DNA of 64,000 nt, from assembly GCA_029261065.1 (NCBI GenBank), contig JAJDCB010000012.1, forward strand, positions 13,430-77,429, read 5' to 3'. This DNA comes from Candidatus Omnitrophota bacterium. Its GTDB lineage: Bacteria; Omnitrophota; Gorgyraeia; Zapsychrales; Zapsychraceae. A program made the position numbers and the translations under genes. How positions within the stretch are numbered: the stretch's first letter is position 1; every line of letters begins with the position of its first letter. Below the pieces are notes generated by a model. That model was not told the origin of the DNA and did not search any database. It worked only from the letters and a program-made list of their open reading frames with translations. Positions 30,749-41,596 of this stretch are shown here, one piece after another.

Positions 30749-31530
30749 TAGCATAAATTTGCTAATTTTCCATAATCTTCTAGACTTAGATTTTCTGCCC
30801 TTGATTTAGGGTTGAGAGATAAACTATTAAGTAGCTCTGTGCAGCGTGATTTTTCAATGAAATGTCCAAGAGAGTTGACTATGGTCTTTCTTCGTTGCGC
30901 AAAAGCGCATCGAATAAGTCGAAATAAATACTCTTCATCTTTGACAGCAACGAGAGGCTTTTTTAAAGGTTTCATCTTTAGAAAGACAGATTCTACTTTA
31001 GGAATGGGAGAAAAGGCTGTGTTTTTGATGCGAAATAATAAGTCAATTTCACAGTAGTATTGAACAAAACAGCTAAGGGATCCATAATCTTTGGTGTTTG
31101 GTTGCGCGGCTAAACGTCTTCCAAATTCGAGTTGAACGGTCATAAAAAAGGAATCGAAACGATCCCGTTGTTCTAACATTTTTTCGATAATGGGTGAGCT
31201 GATATTATAGGGTAGGTTACCAACGATTTTATATTTTGTATCACTTTTTGGTATTTGATATTTTAGGATATCACCATGGATAATGGTGACAGATTCCGAG
31301 GGAAACTTATTCCTTAATTGATTTACAAAACGTTTATCTTTTTCTATGGCGATAAGCTCCTTTGAAGCATATGCCAAATCTTCCGTTAAGGCCCCTTTGC
31401 CAGGACCAATTTCTAAAATGATATCATTTTCATCTATGTGACAGGCCTTAATAATTTTTTGTTGAATACGCGTGCTTATAAGAAAGTTTTGCCCTAAATT
31501 TTTTTTGGCTTTGATTTTGTTTTTTGTCAT
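30712..31530 (-). CDS. rsmA: 16S rRNA dimethyladenosine transferase
   Basis: KKNLGQNFL, EIGPGKG, GNLPYNI, FAQRRK. Confidence 0.97.
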   Translation of the reverse strand: MTKNKIKAKKNLGQNFLISTRIQQKIIKACHIDENDIILEIGPGKGALTEDLAYASKELIAIEKDKRFVNQLRNKFPSESVTIIHGDILKYQIPKSDTKYKIVGNLPYNISSPIIEKMLEQRDRFDSFFMTVQLEFGRRLAAQPNTKDYGSLSCFVQYYCEIDLLFRIKNTAFSPIPKVESVFLKMKPLKKPLVAVKDEEYLFRLIRCAFAQRRKTIVNSLGHFIEKSRCTELLNSLSLNPKSRAENLSLEDYGKLANLCYQEGFSFQPLNQ

Positions 31531-32459
31531 GAACTTAGTTTTGCTGTTAATCTGATGGCTTCCATCAATGAGGTAGGATCAGCCTTATTTTGACCTGCAA
31601 TGTCAAAAGCTGTTCCATGAGATGGTGATGTTCTGATAAAGGGAAGTCCGATGGTTAAATTAACTAATTTATGAAAGTATAAGGCTTTTATGGGTGTCAG
31701 TCCTTGGTCATGATACATTGTGATAATGGCATCAAATCGATTTAATTGATGAGGTGTAAATAAGGTATCGGCCGCAAAGGGCCCTTGAATCGATATCTTT
31801 TTTTTCTTAGCCTCTTTGATCGCCGGAATAATTTGGGTGATCTCCTCTCCACCAATCTCTCCCTCCTCGCCTGCATGTGGATTGAGTCCTGATATGCCAA
31901 GTTTTGGGTTTTTAAGTTTAAAGTATTTTTTTAAATATTGATGAGTTAGTACTATGGCTTCAAACACTTTTTTTCTTTTTATCTGAGCGGCGACATCCTT
32001 TAAGGGTAGATGTCGCGTTATAATTAGAGTTTTTATCTCTTTGACACAAAATAACATACCAATCTGTTTGGATTTAAAAGCCTCTTGTAAGTATTCCGTA
32101 TGGCCTTGAAAATGTTTATAAGAAAGACAAACGGTTTTTTTTGATAGAGGTGCTGTGACAAGTCCATCGATTGTTTGATTTTTGATGGCTGCAATAGCAT
32201 GATTCAAATAATTGAGTGAGGCCTCTCCTGTCAAAGTTGAAGGTTTACCAAGCTTCCATTTGTTTGGATGAGTAATTGGATCAACGATAGTTACATTGCG
32301 GTATGATTGTAATCCTTGGGCTTTAAGAAGTTTGGTATCGCCAAAAATGGTGAAATTGGCTAATGGGCGGATAGAGCGATGAGTCAAGGCCTTAACAATA
32401 ATTTCTGCCCCAATGCCTGCTGGATCCCCCATCGTAATACCGATTGTTTTTTTTGTCAT
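31527..32459 (-). CDS. pdxA: 4-hydroxythreonine-4-phosphate dehydrogenase
   Basis: TMGDPAGIG, GHTEYL, LNPHAGE, MYHDQG, HGTAFDIAG. Confidence 0.95.
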   Translation of the reverse strand: MTKKTIGITMGDPAGIGAEIIVKALTHRSIRPLANFTIFGDTKLLKAQGLQSYRNVTIVDPITHPNKWKLGKPSTLTGEASLNYLNHAIAAIKNQTIDGLVTAPLSKKTVCLSYKHFQGHTEYLQEAFKSKQIGMLFCVKEIKTLIITRHLPLKDVAAQIKRKKVFEAIVLTHQYLKKYFKLKNPKLGISGLNPHAGEEGEIGGEEITQIIPAIKEAKKKKISIQGPFAADTLFTPHQLNRFDAIITMYHDQGLTPIKALYFHKLVNLTIGLPFIRTSPSHGTAFDIAGQNKADPTSLMEAIRLTAKLSS

Positions 32460-32493
32460 AAGATACACATCAAAAGAATGTTATGCCAAGGGA

Positions 32494-33426
32494 TTATTTT
32501 TTAATTTCGATATAGGCTTCTTTTTTAAGTTTAGCAAGCCAGGCTGTAAATTTTTCTTTGAATTTTTCTCGAAATAGAAAAGTTTGAACAGATTCTTTAA
32601 TGTCTTCTAAAGCAGAGATTTGGGCGGGGATATAGTCTTGGCATTTGAAAATATAAACACCAAGATCTGTTTCCACAAGGGGTGAGATCTCTCCAATATT
32701 GAGTTTAAATATGGTGTTTTCTATCTTTTCCTGTAATTGACCGCGTTGTACCAAACCAATGGATGGGGCATCAGAAAACTCTTGGGCGACTTCAGTAAAT
32801 TCGGTTCCTGATTTAATAGCCTCTAAGGCTTGATTAGCTTTTTTCATAGCCTTAATTTTATTCTCTTCAAAAGCGATAAAAATGGATTCAAGTTTCATTT
32901 GCTCTTGTTCCATAAATTGTTTATTATTTTTTTTATAATAATTGGTTACTTCCTTAGGGTTTACAAATACTTTTGAGCGTACTTCATGATCGATTACAAA
33001 TTGAATTTTCATCTGGTTTTTTACTTTATTTTTTAAGTCAGAAATTGTGGCCCCATTTTTTACAAGGGCTTCAATAAAGGCATTTTCGGAAGGATATTTC
33101 TTTTTGATTTTTTCAACCCGTTCATCTATGGAGGCGTCCCTTACTTCCAGACCAATAGTGTTCGCTTTGCTTAAAATAAGTTTATCTTCTATGAGTTTAT
33201 TGACACCATTAATTTCAAGTTCGATCATAATGGATTTTATTTCTTCATCTCCTACCCCTTCAGCAACTAAACTGACATACGTAGAATGGACATAATCTTT
33301 AAGATCTTTTAAAGTAATGATCTCATCATTAACGATGGCAATGATGGCATCTTCCAGAGCAAAGCAGCTGGTTGTTGTTAGTAAGAGTGTTAATGTCGCG
33401 ATAATAATATTTTTAATTTTTAGCAT
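32494..33426 (-). CDS. SurA/PrsA-like chaperone with parvulin domain
   Basis: Signal peptide, IIAIVNDEIIT, FTEVAQEFSD, GEISPLVET; conserved surA-pdxA-rsmA order. Confidence 0.85.
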   Translation of the reverse strand: MLKIKNIIIATLTLLLTTTSCFALEDAIIAIVNDEIITLKDLKDYVHSTYVSLVAEGVGDEEIKSIMIELEINGVNKLIEDKLILSKANTIGLEVRDASIDERVEKIKKKYPSENAFIEALVKNGATISDLKNKVKNQMKIQFVIDHEVRSKVFVNPKEVTNYYKKNNKQFMEQEQMKLESIFIAFEENKIKAMKKANQALEAIKSGTEFTEVAQEFSDAPSIGLVQRGQLQEKIENTIFKLNIGEISPLVETDLGVYIFKCQDYIPAQISALEDIKESVQTFLFREKFKEKFTAWLAKLKKEAYIEIKK

Positions 33427-35326
33427 GTTTAATCACATCTTTCGGTTTTTGTTTTTCGTTTTTAATATTTTCAATAGATTCTTTAAGCAGCCTACAGTAT
33501 AAATCAAATCCAACTGAGGCGATATATCCTGATTGTTCTTGACCTAATAGGTTTCCAGCTCCTCTAATTTGTAAGTCTTCAAAGGCAATCTGAAAACCGG
33601 ACCCTAATCCTTTGTATTTTTCGATAACTTCAATTCTTGATTTCGCTTTATCTGATAAATGTTTCTTTTTAGGGACAACAAAATAGGCGTAAGCTTGCTT
33701 TTCAGACCTTCCTACACGTCCTCTTAACTGATGGAGTTCAGATAACCCAAAACGGTCAGAGCGGTTAATAATCAGCGTATTGGCGTTTGGAATATCAATC
33801 CCTGACTCTATTATAGTCGTACAAATCAAAATATCAATTTTCCCTTCCAAAAAGTTAATCATGATCTCCTCTAACCTTTTTGGAGCCATTTGGCCATGGG
33901 CAATAGCGACGTTGCCCTTTTTGACTAAATCTTTTACTATTTTACCAATACGATCAATATCTTCAACACGATTATGCAAAAAGAAGACTTGCCCCTTTCG
34001 TTTTAGCTCTTTGTTGATCGCCTTTAAAATGATTTTTTCGTCAAATTCAATGATTTCAGTCTTAACAGGCAGTCTATGTTGGGGAGGTGTTGAAATAACA
34101 GACATGTCTTTAGCGCCACTCATGGCCATATAAAGTGTTCTTGGAATGGGGGTGGCTGTGAGGGTGAGGATATCCGCGAGGAGCCGTAAGTGTTTTAACT
34201 TTTCTTTCGCTTTAACGCCAAAGCGTTGTTCTTCATCAATAACAATAAGTCCTAGATCCTTAAAAGAGATGTCTTTGGAGAGCAAACGATGGGTTCCAAT
34301 AACAATATCGACTGTACCTGCTTGTAAGTCTTTTATTATGGCTGTCTGTTCGGCTTTGGTGCGAAAGCGACTTAACATAGCCACTTTAATGGGAAAATTT
34401 TTCATGCGTGTTTTGAAATTATAAAAATGTTGTTCTGCCAAAATAGTTGTTGGAACAAGAACGGCGACTTGTTTATTATCCATAACAGCTTTAAAGACAG
34501 CACGAAGAGCAACTTCTGTTTTGCCATAACCGACATCTCCACATACAAGTCGATCCATAGGTGAGATTGATTCCATGTCAGATTTAACTTCTTGAGTGGA
34601 TTTTATTTGATCTTGGGTTTCTTGGAAGGGAAATGTTTTTTCGAACTCAGTTTGCCAATCAGCATCTTTAGAAAACGAAAAACCTTTAAGGCTTGCTCGG
34701 ATTGCTTGAATGCGTATCATCTCAGCTGCTAGACGCTGTAATCGTTTCTGAATTTGGGCGCGAATCCGTTTCCATTCTTTATTTCCTAGTTTAAAAAGAC
34801 GCGGAGGTTTTTTCGTAAAACTAACATATTTTTGAATAAGTTTTATGTCATGCTTAGGGACATAAAGTTTATCTCCTCCCTCATATTCGATAACAAGATG
34901 TTCTAACTTTTTATTTTCTTTATCGATGTGTTCAATACCTAAGTATTTCCCAACACCATGGTTGTTGTGAACAACATAGTCGCCATCACGAATATCGATG
35001 AAGTTGGATAAAGGAACTTCACTTGTAAAGACATCGGTCGTATTACTTCGTTTAAAAGGAATAATGATAATGATGTTATGTTGCCAAATAGATTTTCCTG
35101 TTTCTATATTGATGCTTGCAATTTTTATGATTTTTTCATCATCAAAATCAATACGGACGGGTCCATCAAAACCTGCTGGATAAATTTCAATGAGCCCTCC
35201 TAACTGACTAAATTCACCCTGGGCGTAAGCGCGTTTGGCTTTTTTGTATTTGAAGTTTACGAGATGAGTAAGGACAGATTCAAGATCTATGGTTTGTCCT
35301 ACGAAGAGTTCGAGTGATTTAAACAT
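33413..35326 (-). CDS. mfd: transcription-repair coupling factor, compact form (about 637 aa)
   Basis: RID (GDYVVHNNHGVG), CGDVGYGKTE, DEEQRFG, TATPIPRT, QLRGRVGR, DLQIRGAGNLLG; ends shortly after GFDLYC. Confidence 0.92.
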   Translation of the reverse strand: MFKSLELFVGQTIDLESVLTHLVNFKYKKAKRAYAQGEFSQLGGLIEIYPAGFDGPVRIDFDDEKIIKIASINIETGKSIWQHNIIIIIPFKRSNTTDVFTSEVPLSNFIDIRDGDYVVHNNHGVGKYLGIEHIDKENKKLEHLVIEYEGGDKLYVPKHDIKLIQKYVSFTKKPPRLFKLGNKEWKRIRAQIQKRLQRLAAEMIRIQAIRASLKGFSFSKDADWQTEFEKTFPFQETQDQIKSTQEVKSDMESISPMDRLVCGDVGYGKTEVALRAVFKAVMDNKQVAVLVPTTILAEQHFYNFKTRMKNFPIKVAMLSRFRTKAEQTAIIKDLQAGTVDIVIGTHRLLSKDISFKDLGLIVIDEEQRFGVKAKEKLKHLRLLADILTLTATPIPRTLYMAMSGAKDMSVISTPPQHRLPVKTEIIEFDEKIILKAINKELKRKGQVFFLHNRVEDIDRIGKIVKDLVKKGNVAIAHGQMAPKRLEEIMINFLEGKIDILICTTIIESGIDIPNANTLIINRSDRFGLSELHQLRGRVGRSEKQAYAYFVVPKKKHLSDKAKSRIEVIEKYKGLGSGFQIAFEDLQIRGAGNLLGQEQSGYIASVGFDLYCRLLKESIENIKNEKQKPKDVIKHAKN

Positions 35327-35394
35327 AATGCGCATAAACAACAATATCCTCACATAGAAATGTCAGGATAGGTTAATAAAGTAAATAGGCTAAA

Positions 35395-37599
35395 TTATTT
35401 TTTTCTTTTTTCCCACGCCAGTACAAGCGGAGAAGCGATGAAGACGGTGGAATAGGTACCAGCGATGAATCCAATGATCAGACAAAGGGCAAAAGTATTT
35501 AATACCTCGCCTCCTTTTAAGAACAATGTGACCACAACTAAAAGAGTTGTTATTGTCGTAAGAATCGTTCTTCCAAGCGTTTGGTTGATACTCGTATTTA
35601 TAACTTCAGATAAATTTTTTCGTCCACCCTTTGCCATGTTTTCACGAATACGATCATAAATTATAATGGTGTCATTAATGGAATAACCTGCAATAGTTAA
35701 AAGAGCTGTGATGACTAAGAGATCGACTTGTCGGCCCAGGATAACTAATATTCCAAGAGAAATAAAGACATCGTGCAATAAAGCGATAATACCAGCTGTT
35801 GCAAAATCAAAATGTTTAAAGCGAAAACCGACATAAATGAGAATACCACCAAGGGCGAAAATGATGGCTAAGAGAGCTGCTTTTCTTAAGGCTTTTCCAA
35901 CAACAGGTCCCACTTGTTCAATACGAAGGCGTTCAAATCCATTGTTGGGAAAGGCGTTACGGAGGCCTTCTTCAATGGAAGCTGTGGTATCAGCCCCATG
36001 AGAGGTTCGTATGATGACATTTTCTGGGAATTGATCAAACTGTTGAATGATAGCTTCGTCTAAACCAACTTTTTTTAAAACACCTCTTAGATCGTCTGTC
36101 TCAATCGGTGTCTGAAAACGGTATTCTTGAATCTGTCCTCCGACAAAATCAATGCCGTAGGCCTTCGATCCTTTTTGTGCTAAGACAACAAAGCTTGCAA
36201 TGACTAATACGATGGATATGACAAAACAAATCATTCGTTTGGAAACAAAGTTGATTTTTGTTTGTTTAAAAAAAGAAAGCATAGGTAATGTATTAAGCAG
36301 CCCGGCATTATAGGCTAATAAAAATATCGTTTTCGTAACAAAAAGAGCAGTAAACAAACTAGCCATTAAACCAATAGATAACGTGACGGCAAATCCTTTG
36401 ATCGGACCTGAACCAAATTGAAATAACATAAAAGCGGCGATTAGAGTTGTTGTATTAGAGTCAATAATGGCCTTTAAGGCACGACTAAAACCATTATTGA
36501 TAGCTCCCTGGATAGGATTACCATTTACAATTTCTTCTCTGATTCGCTCATTAATTAAGACATTAGCATCAACGGCCATTCCTAGTGTCAAAATAATCCC
36601 TGCAATACCAGGTAAAGTTAATGTTAATTGAGATTGGGGTAGCATCGCATTTAGAAAACCCATACTTCCAAATATGAGTAATAGATTAAGAAGTAAGGAG
36701 ATATTAGAAATTATTCCAGCTTTCAGATAATAAATACCCATAAAAATAAATAACAAGATCATTCCCGTTAGGGTTGCGTTTATACCCGCTTTAATCGAAT
36801 CACTTCCCAAGAGAGGTCCTATGGTCCTTTCTTCTTCTAAAATGAGTGGAGCTGGAAGAGCACCGGAACGAAGCGATAACGCCAAAATCGCGGCTTCATC
36901 AAAACTAAAGTCACCTGAAATTTGACCACTGCCACCTAAAATAGGCTCCTTAATGTTAGGGGCTGATAAAACTTCGTCATCCAAAACAATGGCTAATCTT
37001 TTTCCTACTGATTTTTCTGTAACTTTGGCAAATTGTTTGCTGCCATCAGAGTTAAAAGTAATTGAAATTCTTGGTTGGCTTGTAAATTGATCAAAGTCAA
37101 CGCGCGCATCAGACACGGTCTCTCCACTTAAAGCTACTTTTTTCTCAAGTAAGATGGGTTCGTTGTCTTCTTTTTTAATATATTTCAACATGTAGCCTCT
37201 AGGAATTTGACCCTTAATGGCTTCTTGTAATTTTTGAGGGTTATCATTGACAATATAAAAATTGAGTTTGGCGGTAGTTCCAATCATGGATAAAGCAGAT
37301 TCGCGATCGGTGACACCAGGAAGTTGAATGAGGATTTGATATTCGCCTTGGCGCTGAATGACGGGTTCGGCGACCCCCATGCCATCAATACGGTTTCGTA
37401 AGATTTCAATCGCACGAAGAACAGCATCTTTTTTGGCATTGTCATCTAGTTGATCAGCATCAACACGATAAATAAGATGCATCCCCCCTTTTAAGTCAAG
37501 GCCGAGATTGATGTGTTTTTGAACTGGAAATGTAAAATATATCGATGCGCCAATGACGCAGAGGATAAGGATTAATTTGTTACGAAGATTTTTGGTCAT
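35395..37599 (-). CDS. secDF: fused protein translocase SecDF
   Basis: LGLDLKGG, GMAVDANVLINERIREE, GIDFVGG, GYSINDTIIIYDRIRE. Confidence 0.96.
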   Translation of the reverse strand: MTKNLRNKLILILCVIGASIYFTFPVQKHINLGLDLKGGMHLIYRVDADQLDDNAKKDAVLRAIEILRNRIDGMGVAEPVIQRQGEYQILIQLPGVTDRESALSMIGTTAKLNFYIVNDNPQKLQEAIKGQIPRGYMLKYIKKEDNEPILLEKKVALSGETVSDARVDFDQFTSQPRISITFNSDGSKQFAKVTEKSVGKRLAIVLDDEVLSAPNIKEPILGGSGQISGDFSFDEAAILALSLRSGALPAPLILEEERTIGPLLGSDSIKAGINATLTGMILLFIFMGIYYLKAGIISNISLLLNLLLIFGSMGFLNAMLPQSQLTLTLPGIAGIILTLGMAVDANVLINERIREEIVNGNPIQGAINNGFSRALKAIIDSNTTTLIAAFMLFQFGSGPIKGFAVTLSIGLMASLFTALFVTKTIFLLAYNAGLLNTLPMLSFFKQTKINFVSKRMICFVISIVLVIASFVVLAQKGSKAYGIDFVGGQIQEYRFQTPIETDDLRGVLKKVGLDEAIIQQFDQFPENVIIRTSHGADTTASIEEGLRNAFPNNGFERLRIEQVGPVVGKALRKAALLAIIFALGGILIYVGFRFKHFDFATAGIIALLHDVFISLGILVILGRQVDLLVITALLTIAGYSINDTIIIYDRIRENMAKGGRKNLSEVINTSINQTLGRTILTTITTLLVVVTLFLKGGEVLNTFALCLIIGFIAGTYSTVFIASPLVLAWEKRKK

Positions 37600-37895
37600 A
37601 CTTTAGCTGGTTGTAAATCTTTTTTTGTTTTTGCTACAGTTGAGATAGATTCTTTGTCAAATTCAATACGAACATTCTCATCAACACGAATGACAACAGT
37701 TTTTTCTTTAACAAGAGCTACTGTTCCATGCATCCCACCTGCTGTTACGATATGATCATTCTTTTGAATATTGCTAATCATGCTTTTTTGCTCTTTTTGT
37801 TTATTTTTTTGCGGTCGAATCACAAGAAAATAGAAAATTAAAAAGATTGCGGCATAAGCATAAATAATGGGTATTCCACCTGATTCTCCTGGCAT
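37596..37895 (-). CDS. yajC: preprotein translocase subunit YajC
   Basis: FYFLVIRPQK, VTAGGMHG. Confidence 0.95.
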   Translation of the reverse strand: MPGESGGIPIIYAYAAIFLIFYFLVIRPQKNKQKEQKSMISNIQKNDHIVTAGGMHGTVALVKEKTVVIRVDENVRIEFDKESISTVAKTKKDLQPAKV

Positions 37896-37924
37896 GTTAG
37901 ATCCTTATGGGTAAAGTCTATGTT

Positions 37925-38179
37925 TTAAGCTGATTGTTTTTGTGTCTTTTTAACAAGTGCTTTGACAGTGTCGCTCATCTGTGCACCGTTATCAAGCCAT
38001 TTTTTAAGTTTATCATGCTCGATAGATATGATAGCTGGGTCTTTAGCAGCATCATAATACCCTAATAACTCAAGATGACGTCCTTGTCTGGGTGATGCTT
38101 TACTCATAGCAACGATGCGATAGTTATATCTATTCTTTGCTGGTTTACCTGCTTTTTGTAATCTGATACGGACTTCCAT
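37925..38179 (-). CDS. rpsP: 30S ribosomal protein S16
   Basis: VRIRL, YRIV, RQGRHLELLGYY, WLDNGAQMSDTV. Confidence 0.97.
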   Translation of the reverse strand: MEVRIRLQKAGKPAKNRYNYRIVAMSKASPRQGRHLELLGYYDAAKDPAIISIEHDKLKKWLDNGAQMSDTVKALVKKTQKQSA

Positions 38180-38204
38180 GTGTTCTCCTTTTGTAACAAA
38201 ATAT

Positions 38205-38232
38205 TGTCATTCCCGCATTCGCGTGAATGACA
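38205..38232. repeat. GTCATTCCCGC-type REP-like hairpin
   Basis: TGTCATTCCCGC-ATTC-GCGTGAATGACA; related to copies at 42.2-42.3 kb and 49.3 kb. Confidence 0.6.
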
Positions 38233-38247
38233 TGACTCGTTTTTGTA

Positions 38248-39759
38248 TTAATTTCTGTGCGCAATCTCAATTGCCTTTAACTGCGCTTTCGCTTTATTAA
38301 CTGTTTCCTGATACTCCGTCTTTGGATTTGAATCCGCAACGATACCAGCTCCTGCTTGAATATAGGCCTTTGATTTTGTCGCGACAATCGTTCTAATCGT
38401 AATGCAAGTATCTAAGTTTCCTGAGAAGCTAAAATAACCGATACAACCTGCATAAGGCCCACGTGTATTATTTTCTAAATCTTCAATGATCTCCATCGCC
38501 CGAATTTTTGGTGCTCCAGATAAGGTGCCTGCGGGAAAGGCTGCTTTTAGAACATCAAAATCATCCATTTTCGGATTTAATCGGCCTTCGACATTACTTA
38601 CGATATGCATGACGTGTGAATATTTTTCTACTTTCATAAATTCAGAAACGCGAACACTTCCCTTTTTGCAGACGCGGCCCAAATCATTCCGACCTAAGTC
38701 TACAAGCATAATATGTTCTGCTCGTTCTTTAGGATCTTTTAGTAAATCTTTTGCTAAGGCCTCATCTTCTTTTTCGTTTTTCCCGCGCGGTCGTGTTCCT
38801 GCAATAGGACGTGTTTCAACAACCCCTCCTTCACAGCGAACAAGAAGTTCTGGCGATGCGCCAATGATTTGAAGTTTCCCTAAATTTAGATAATACATAT
38901 AAGGCGAAGGATTTAATGCTCGCAATGCCCTATAAATATTAAAGGGTTCTGTTTGAAGATTAACTTCAAATCGTTGTGAAAGAACAACTTGAATAATTTC
39001 TCCAGCACGGATTTGTGCTTTGGCTTTTTTGACAATATCCTCAAATTGGCCTTGGGAGAAGTTAGATTTAAACCGTAATTGTAGCGAATTATTTGTGTTT
39101 CGTCCATTTTTATTTTGCTTGACTTTCAAAGGCTTCAAAAGCTCCAAAATTGTCTTCTCAATTGCATTTATGCCCTTTTTATAGGCCTTTTTTTTAGCTG
39201 TTTCTGAAGATTTTGGATCAACATCGATACAATGGACAATTTTGATTTTATGATTCACATGATCAAAAATAACAAGGTGTTTAGAGAGCATAAGCATACA
39301 TTCGGGTAGTTTTAAATCATCTTTTGTCTTTGAAGGTAATTTTTCAAAAAATTTAACCACATCATAACTTAAATAACCGATCATTCCTCCACAAAATCTT
39401 GGCAAGCCTTCAATGTTAACAAACTTGTATTGATTCATTATTTCTCTAATATACGGTAAGGGAGATTCTTTGAGAGGAATTTTTTCATGAGAAGCTTTTT
39501 TATCTTTAAACCGCGTGATCGTGATGGTATTTTTTTTACTTTGAAAAACAACTTCAGGATCTTTGGCAATAAAGGAATATCTTGAAATCTTCTCCTCTCC
39601 TTCAACAGATTCTAAAAGACAAGAAAATTTCGCTTTTTGGGCAAGCTTGTAGTAGACAGAGACCGGCGTGTCTAAATCGCCATTGATTTCTGTATAAATA
39701 GGAACAAGATTTCCTTTTTTACAAAGTTTGATAAATTGTTGTTGATCAGGATAATACAT
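38248..39759 (-). CDS. trpE: anthranilate synthase component I
   Basis: LLESVEG, NPSPYM, PIAGTRPRG, EHIMLVDLGRND, FPAGTLSGAPK. Confidence 0.93.
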   Translation of the reverse strand: MYYPDQQQFIKLCKKGNLVPIYTEINGDLDTPVSVYYKLAQKAKFSCLLESVEGEEKISRYSFIAKDPEVVFQSKKNTITITRFKDKKASHEKIPLKESPLPYIREIMNQYKFVNIEGLPRFCGGMIGYLSYDVVKFFEKLPSKTKDDLKLPECMLMLSKHLVIFDHVNHKIKIVHCIDVDPKSSETAKKKAYKKGINAIEKTILELLKPLKVKQNKNGRNTNNSLQLRFKSNFSQGQFEDIVKKAKAQIRAGEIIQVVLSQRFEVNLQTEPFNIYRALRALNPSPYMYYLNLGKLQIIGASPELLVRCEGGVVETRPIAGTRPRGKNEKEDEALAKDLLKDPKERAEHIMLVDLGRNDLGRVCKKGSVRVSEFMKVEKYSHVMHIVSNVEGRLNPKMDDFDVLKAAFPAGTLSGAPKIRAMEIIEDLENNTRGPYAGCIGYFSFSGNLDTCITIRTIVATKSKAYIQAGAGIVADSNPKTEYQETVNKAKAQLKAIEIAHRN

Positions 39760-39764
39760 GGTTT

Positions 39765-40118
39765 TTAAATTTTTCGATAAAAACAACTTCTTTTCATGGT
39801 GTGACAAGCAGATCCTACTTGTCTTACCTTAATTAGTAAAGTGTCACAATCACAATCGTAATAAATGCCTTTGACAAATTGAAAATGACCTGAGGTCATT
39901 CCTTTAACCCAATATTCTTGACGAGAACGAGACCAAAAACACGTTTTACCACATTTAATAGTTTCTTTTAAAGAATCGGCATTCATATAAGCCATCATCA
40001 AAACATCTTTCGTTTTATAGTCTTGAACGATGGCAGGAATTAAACCATCCTTATTGTATGTTAATTTTTTTATGGTGCGGGGAGTAATTTTGATTTTTTC
40101 AATAGCTTGTTTTTTCAC
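39765..40118 (-). CDS. hisI: phosphoribosyl-AMP cyclohydrolase
   Basis: WSRSR, KGMTSGH, DCDCD, ACH, SCF. Confidence 0.95.
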   Translation of the reverse strand: MKKQAIEKIKITPRTIKKLTYNKDGLIPAIVQDYKTKDVLMMAYMNADSLKETIKCGKTCFWSRSRQEYWVKGMTSGHFQFVKGIYYDCDCDTLLIKVRQVGSACHTMKRSCFYRKI

Positions 40119-40871
40119 CTAACGTACCTCTATTTTATTTTGTTTAAGAAATTGTTTAACATCACCTATCGTATATTCGCCATAATGAAAAATAGAAGCG
40201 GCGAGTGCTGCTGAAGCGTCTGTTTTTTCAAAGACATCTTTAAAATGATTTAAGTCTCCAGCACCTCCGGAGGCAATCACAGGAATGTTTACAGCGTGAC
40301 TAATTGCTTTTGTTAGATGAATATCAAATCCATCTTTGGTTCCATCGGCATCCATGCTGGTCAGTAAGATTTCCCCAGCTCCAAGAGACTCAACCTTTTT
40401 CGCCCAACTAACCGCTTCTAATCCTGTGGGGGTTCGACCACCATGGGTGAATACCTCCCAAGCTTCATTGATTTTTTTGGCATCAATGGCCACAACAATA
40501 CATTGACTTCCAAATTTTTCTGAAGCTTCTTTTATCAGATTTGGGTTTGTTACAGCTGATGTGTTGATCGATACTTTATCAGCGCCAGCATTTAAAAGTT
40601 CGCGAATATCATCACAACTATTAATCCCTCCGCCTACCGTTAGAGGCATAAATACTTTTTCAGCTGTCTTTTTGACAACATCAAGGATAATGGATCGTTT
40701 TTCATGGCTAGCTGTGATATCAAGAAATACAATTTCATCAGCCATTTGTTTATCGTAAATGGCAGCAACTTCAACTGGGTCGCCGGCATCACGTAGATTG
40801 ACAAAATTGGTCCCCTTTACTACGCGGCCGTCTTTGACATCTAAACAAGGGATAATGCGTTTGGTTAACAT
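40119..40871 (-). CDS. hisF: imidazole glycerol phosphate synthase cyclase subunit
   Basis: [29 protein letters not shown]. Confidence 0.97.
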   Translation of the reverse strand: MLTKRIIPCLDVKDGRVVKGTNFVNLRDAGDPVEVAAIYDKQMADEIVFLDITASHEKRSIILDVVKKTAEKVFMPLTVGGGINSCDDIRELLNAGADKVSINTSAVTNPNLIKEASEKFGSQCIVVAIDAKKINEAWEVFTHGGRTPTGLEAVSWAKKVESLGAGEILLTSMDADGTKDGFDIHLTKAISHAVNIPVIASGGAGDLNHFKDVFEKTDASAALAASIFHYGEYTIGDVKQFLKQNKIEVR

Positions 40872-41594
40872 CTAGTCTTTTAACTCCAAAGCATCTTTGA
40901 TATTAAGTTTTCCTTCATAGATAGCTTTTCCAGTAATCGCTCCAATGACACCTTTTGATTGGAGCGTTGAGAGTTTTTTTAAATCGTCCAAATTAGCAAC
41001 CCCACCTGAGGCAATGACGGGGATGGTTGTGCTATTAAGAATTTCTTCTAAGCCTTCAAAATTTGGACCATTAAGCATCCCATCACGAGCAATGTCTGTA
41101 TAAATAATGCATTGAACACCTAAGGTTTCTAATTCTTTAACAAACTCTGTTGCCTTTAAATCACTCGTAGATTGCCAGCCGCGTTGAGCGACCATACCGT
41201 TTGAACAATCGATACTAACAGCAATTTTATCCCCCCATTTAGCCAATGCTTCTTTTAAAAATTCGCGATTTTGAATGGCTCGTGTTCCTAAGATGACACG
41301 AGAAATACCGCCATCGATGAGTTGTTTAATATCATCAATTGTTCGAATGCCACCTCCCATCTCAATAGGAATGGAGACGGTTTGTGCGATTTTTAAAATG
41401 ATGGGTAGATTAAGAATTTTTCCATCTTTGGCGCCATCAAGGTCAACGACGTGAAGCCACTGGGCCCCTTCATCTTGCCATTTTTGAGCCATGGCCACAG
41501 GATCATGATCATATTCGGTGACTTTATCGAATTGACCTTGGAGTAATCTAACAACTTTGCCGTCTTTAATATCTATAGCTGGAAAAATAATCAC
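40872..41594 (-). CDS. hisA: ProFAR isomerase
   Basis: PAIDI, HVVDLDGA, GGGIR, TDIARDGML. Confidence 0.97.
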   Translation of the reverse strand: MIIFPAIDIKDGKVVRLLQGQFDKVTEYDHDPVAMAQKWQDEGAQWLHVVDLDGAKDGKILNLPIILKIAQTVSIPIEMGGGIRTIDDIKQLIDGGISRVILGTRAIQNREFLKEALAKWGDKIAVSIDCSNGMVAQRGWQSTSDLKATEFVKELETLGVQCIIYTDIARDGMLNGPNFEGLEEILNSTTIPVIASGGVANLDDLKKLSTLQSKGVIGAITGKAIYEGKLNIKDALELKD

Positions 41595-41596
41595 GT

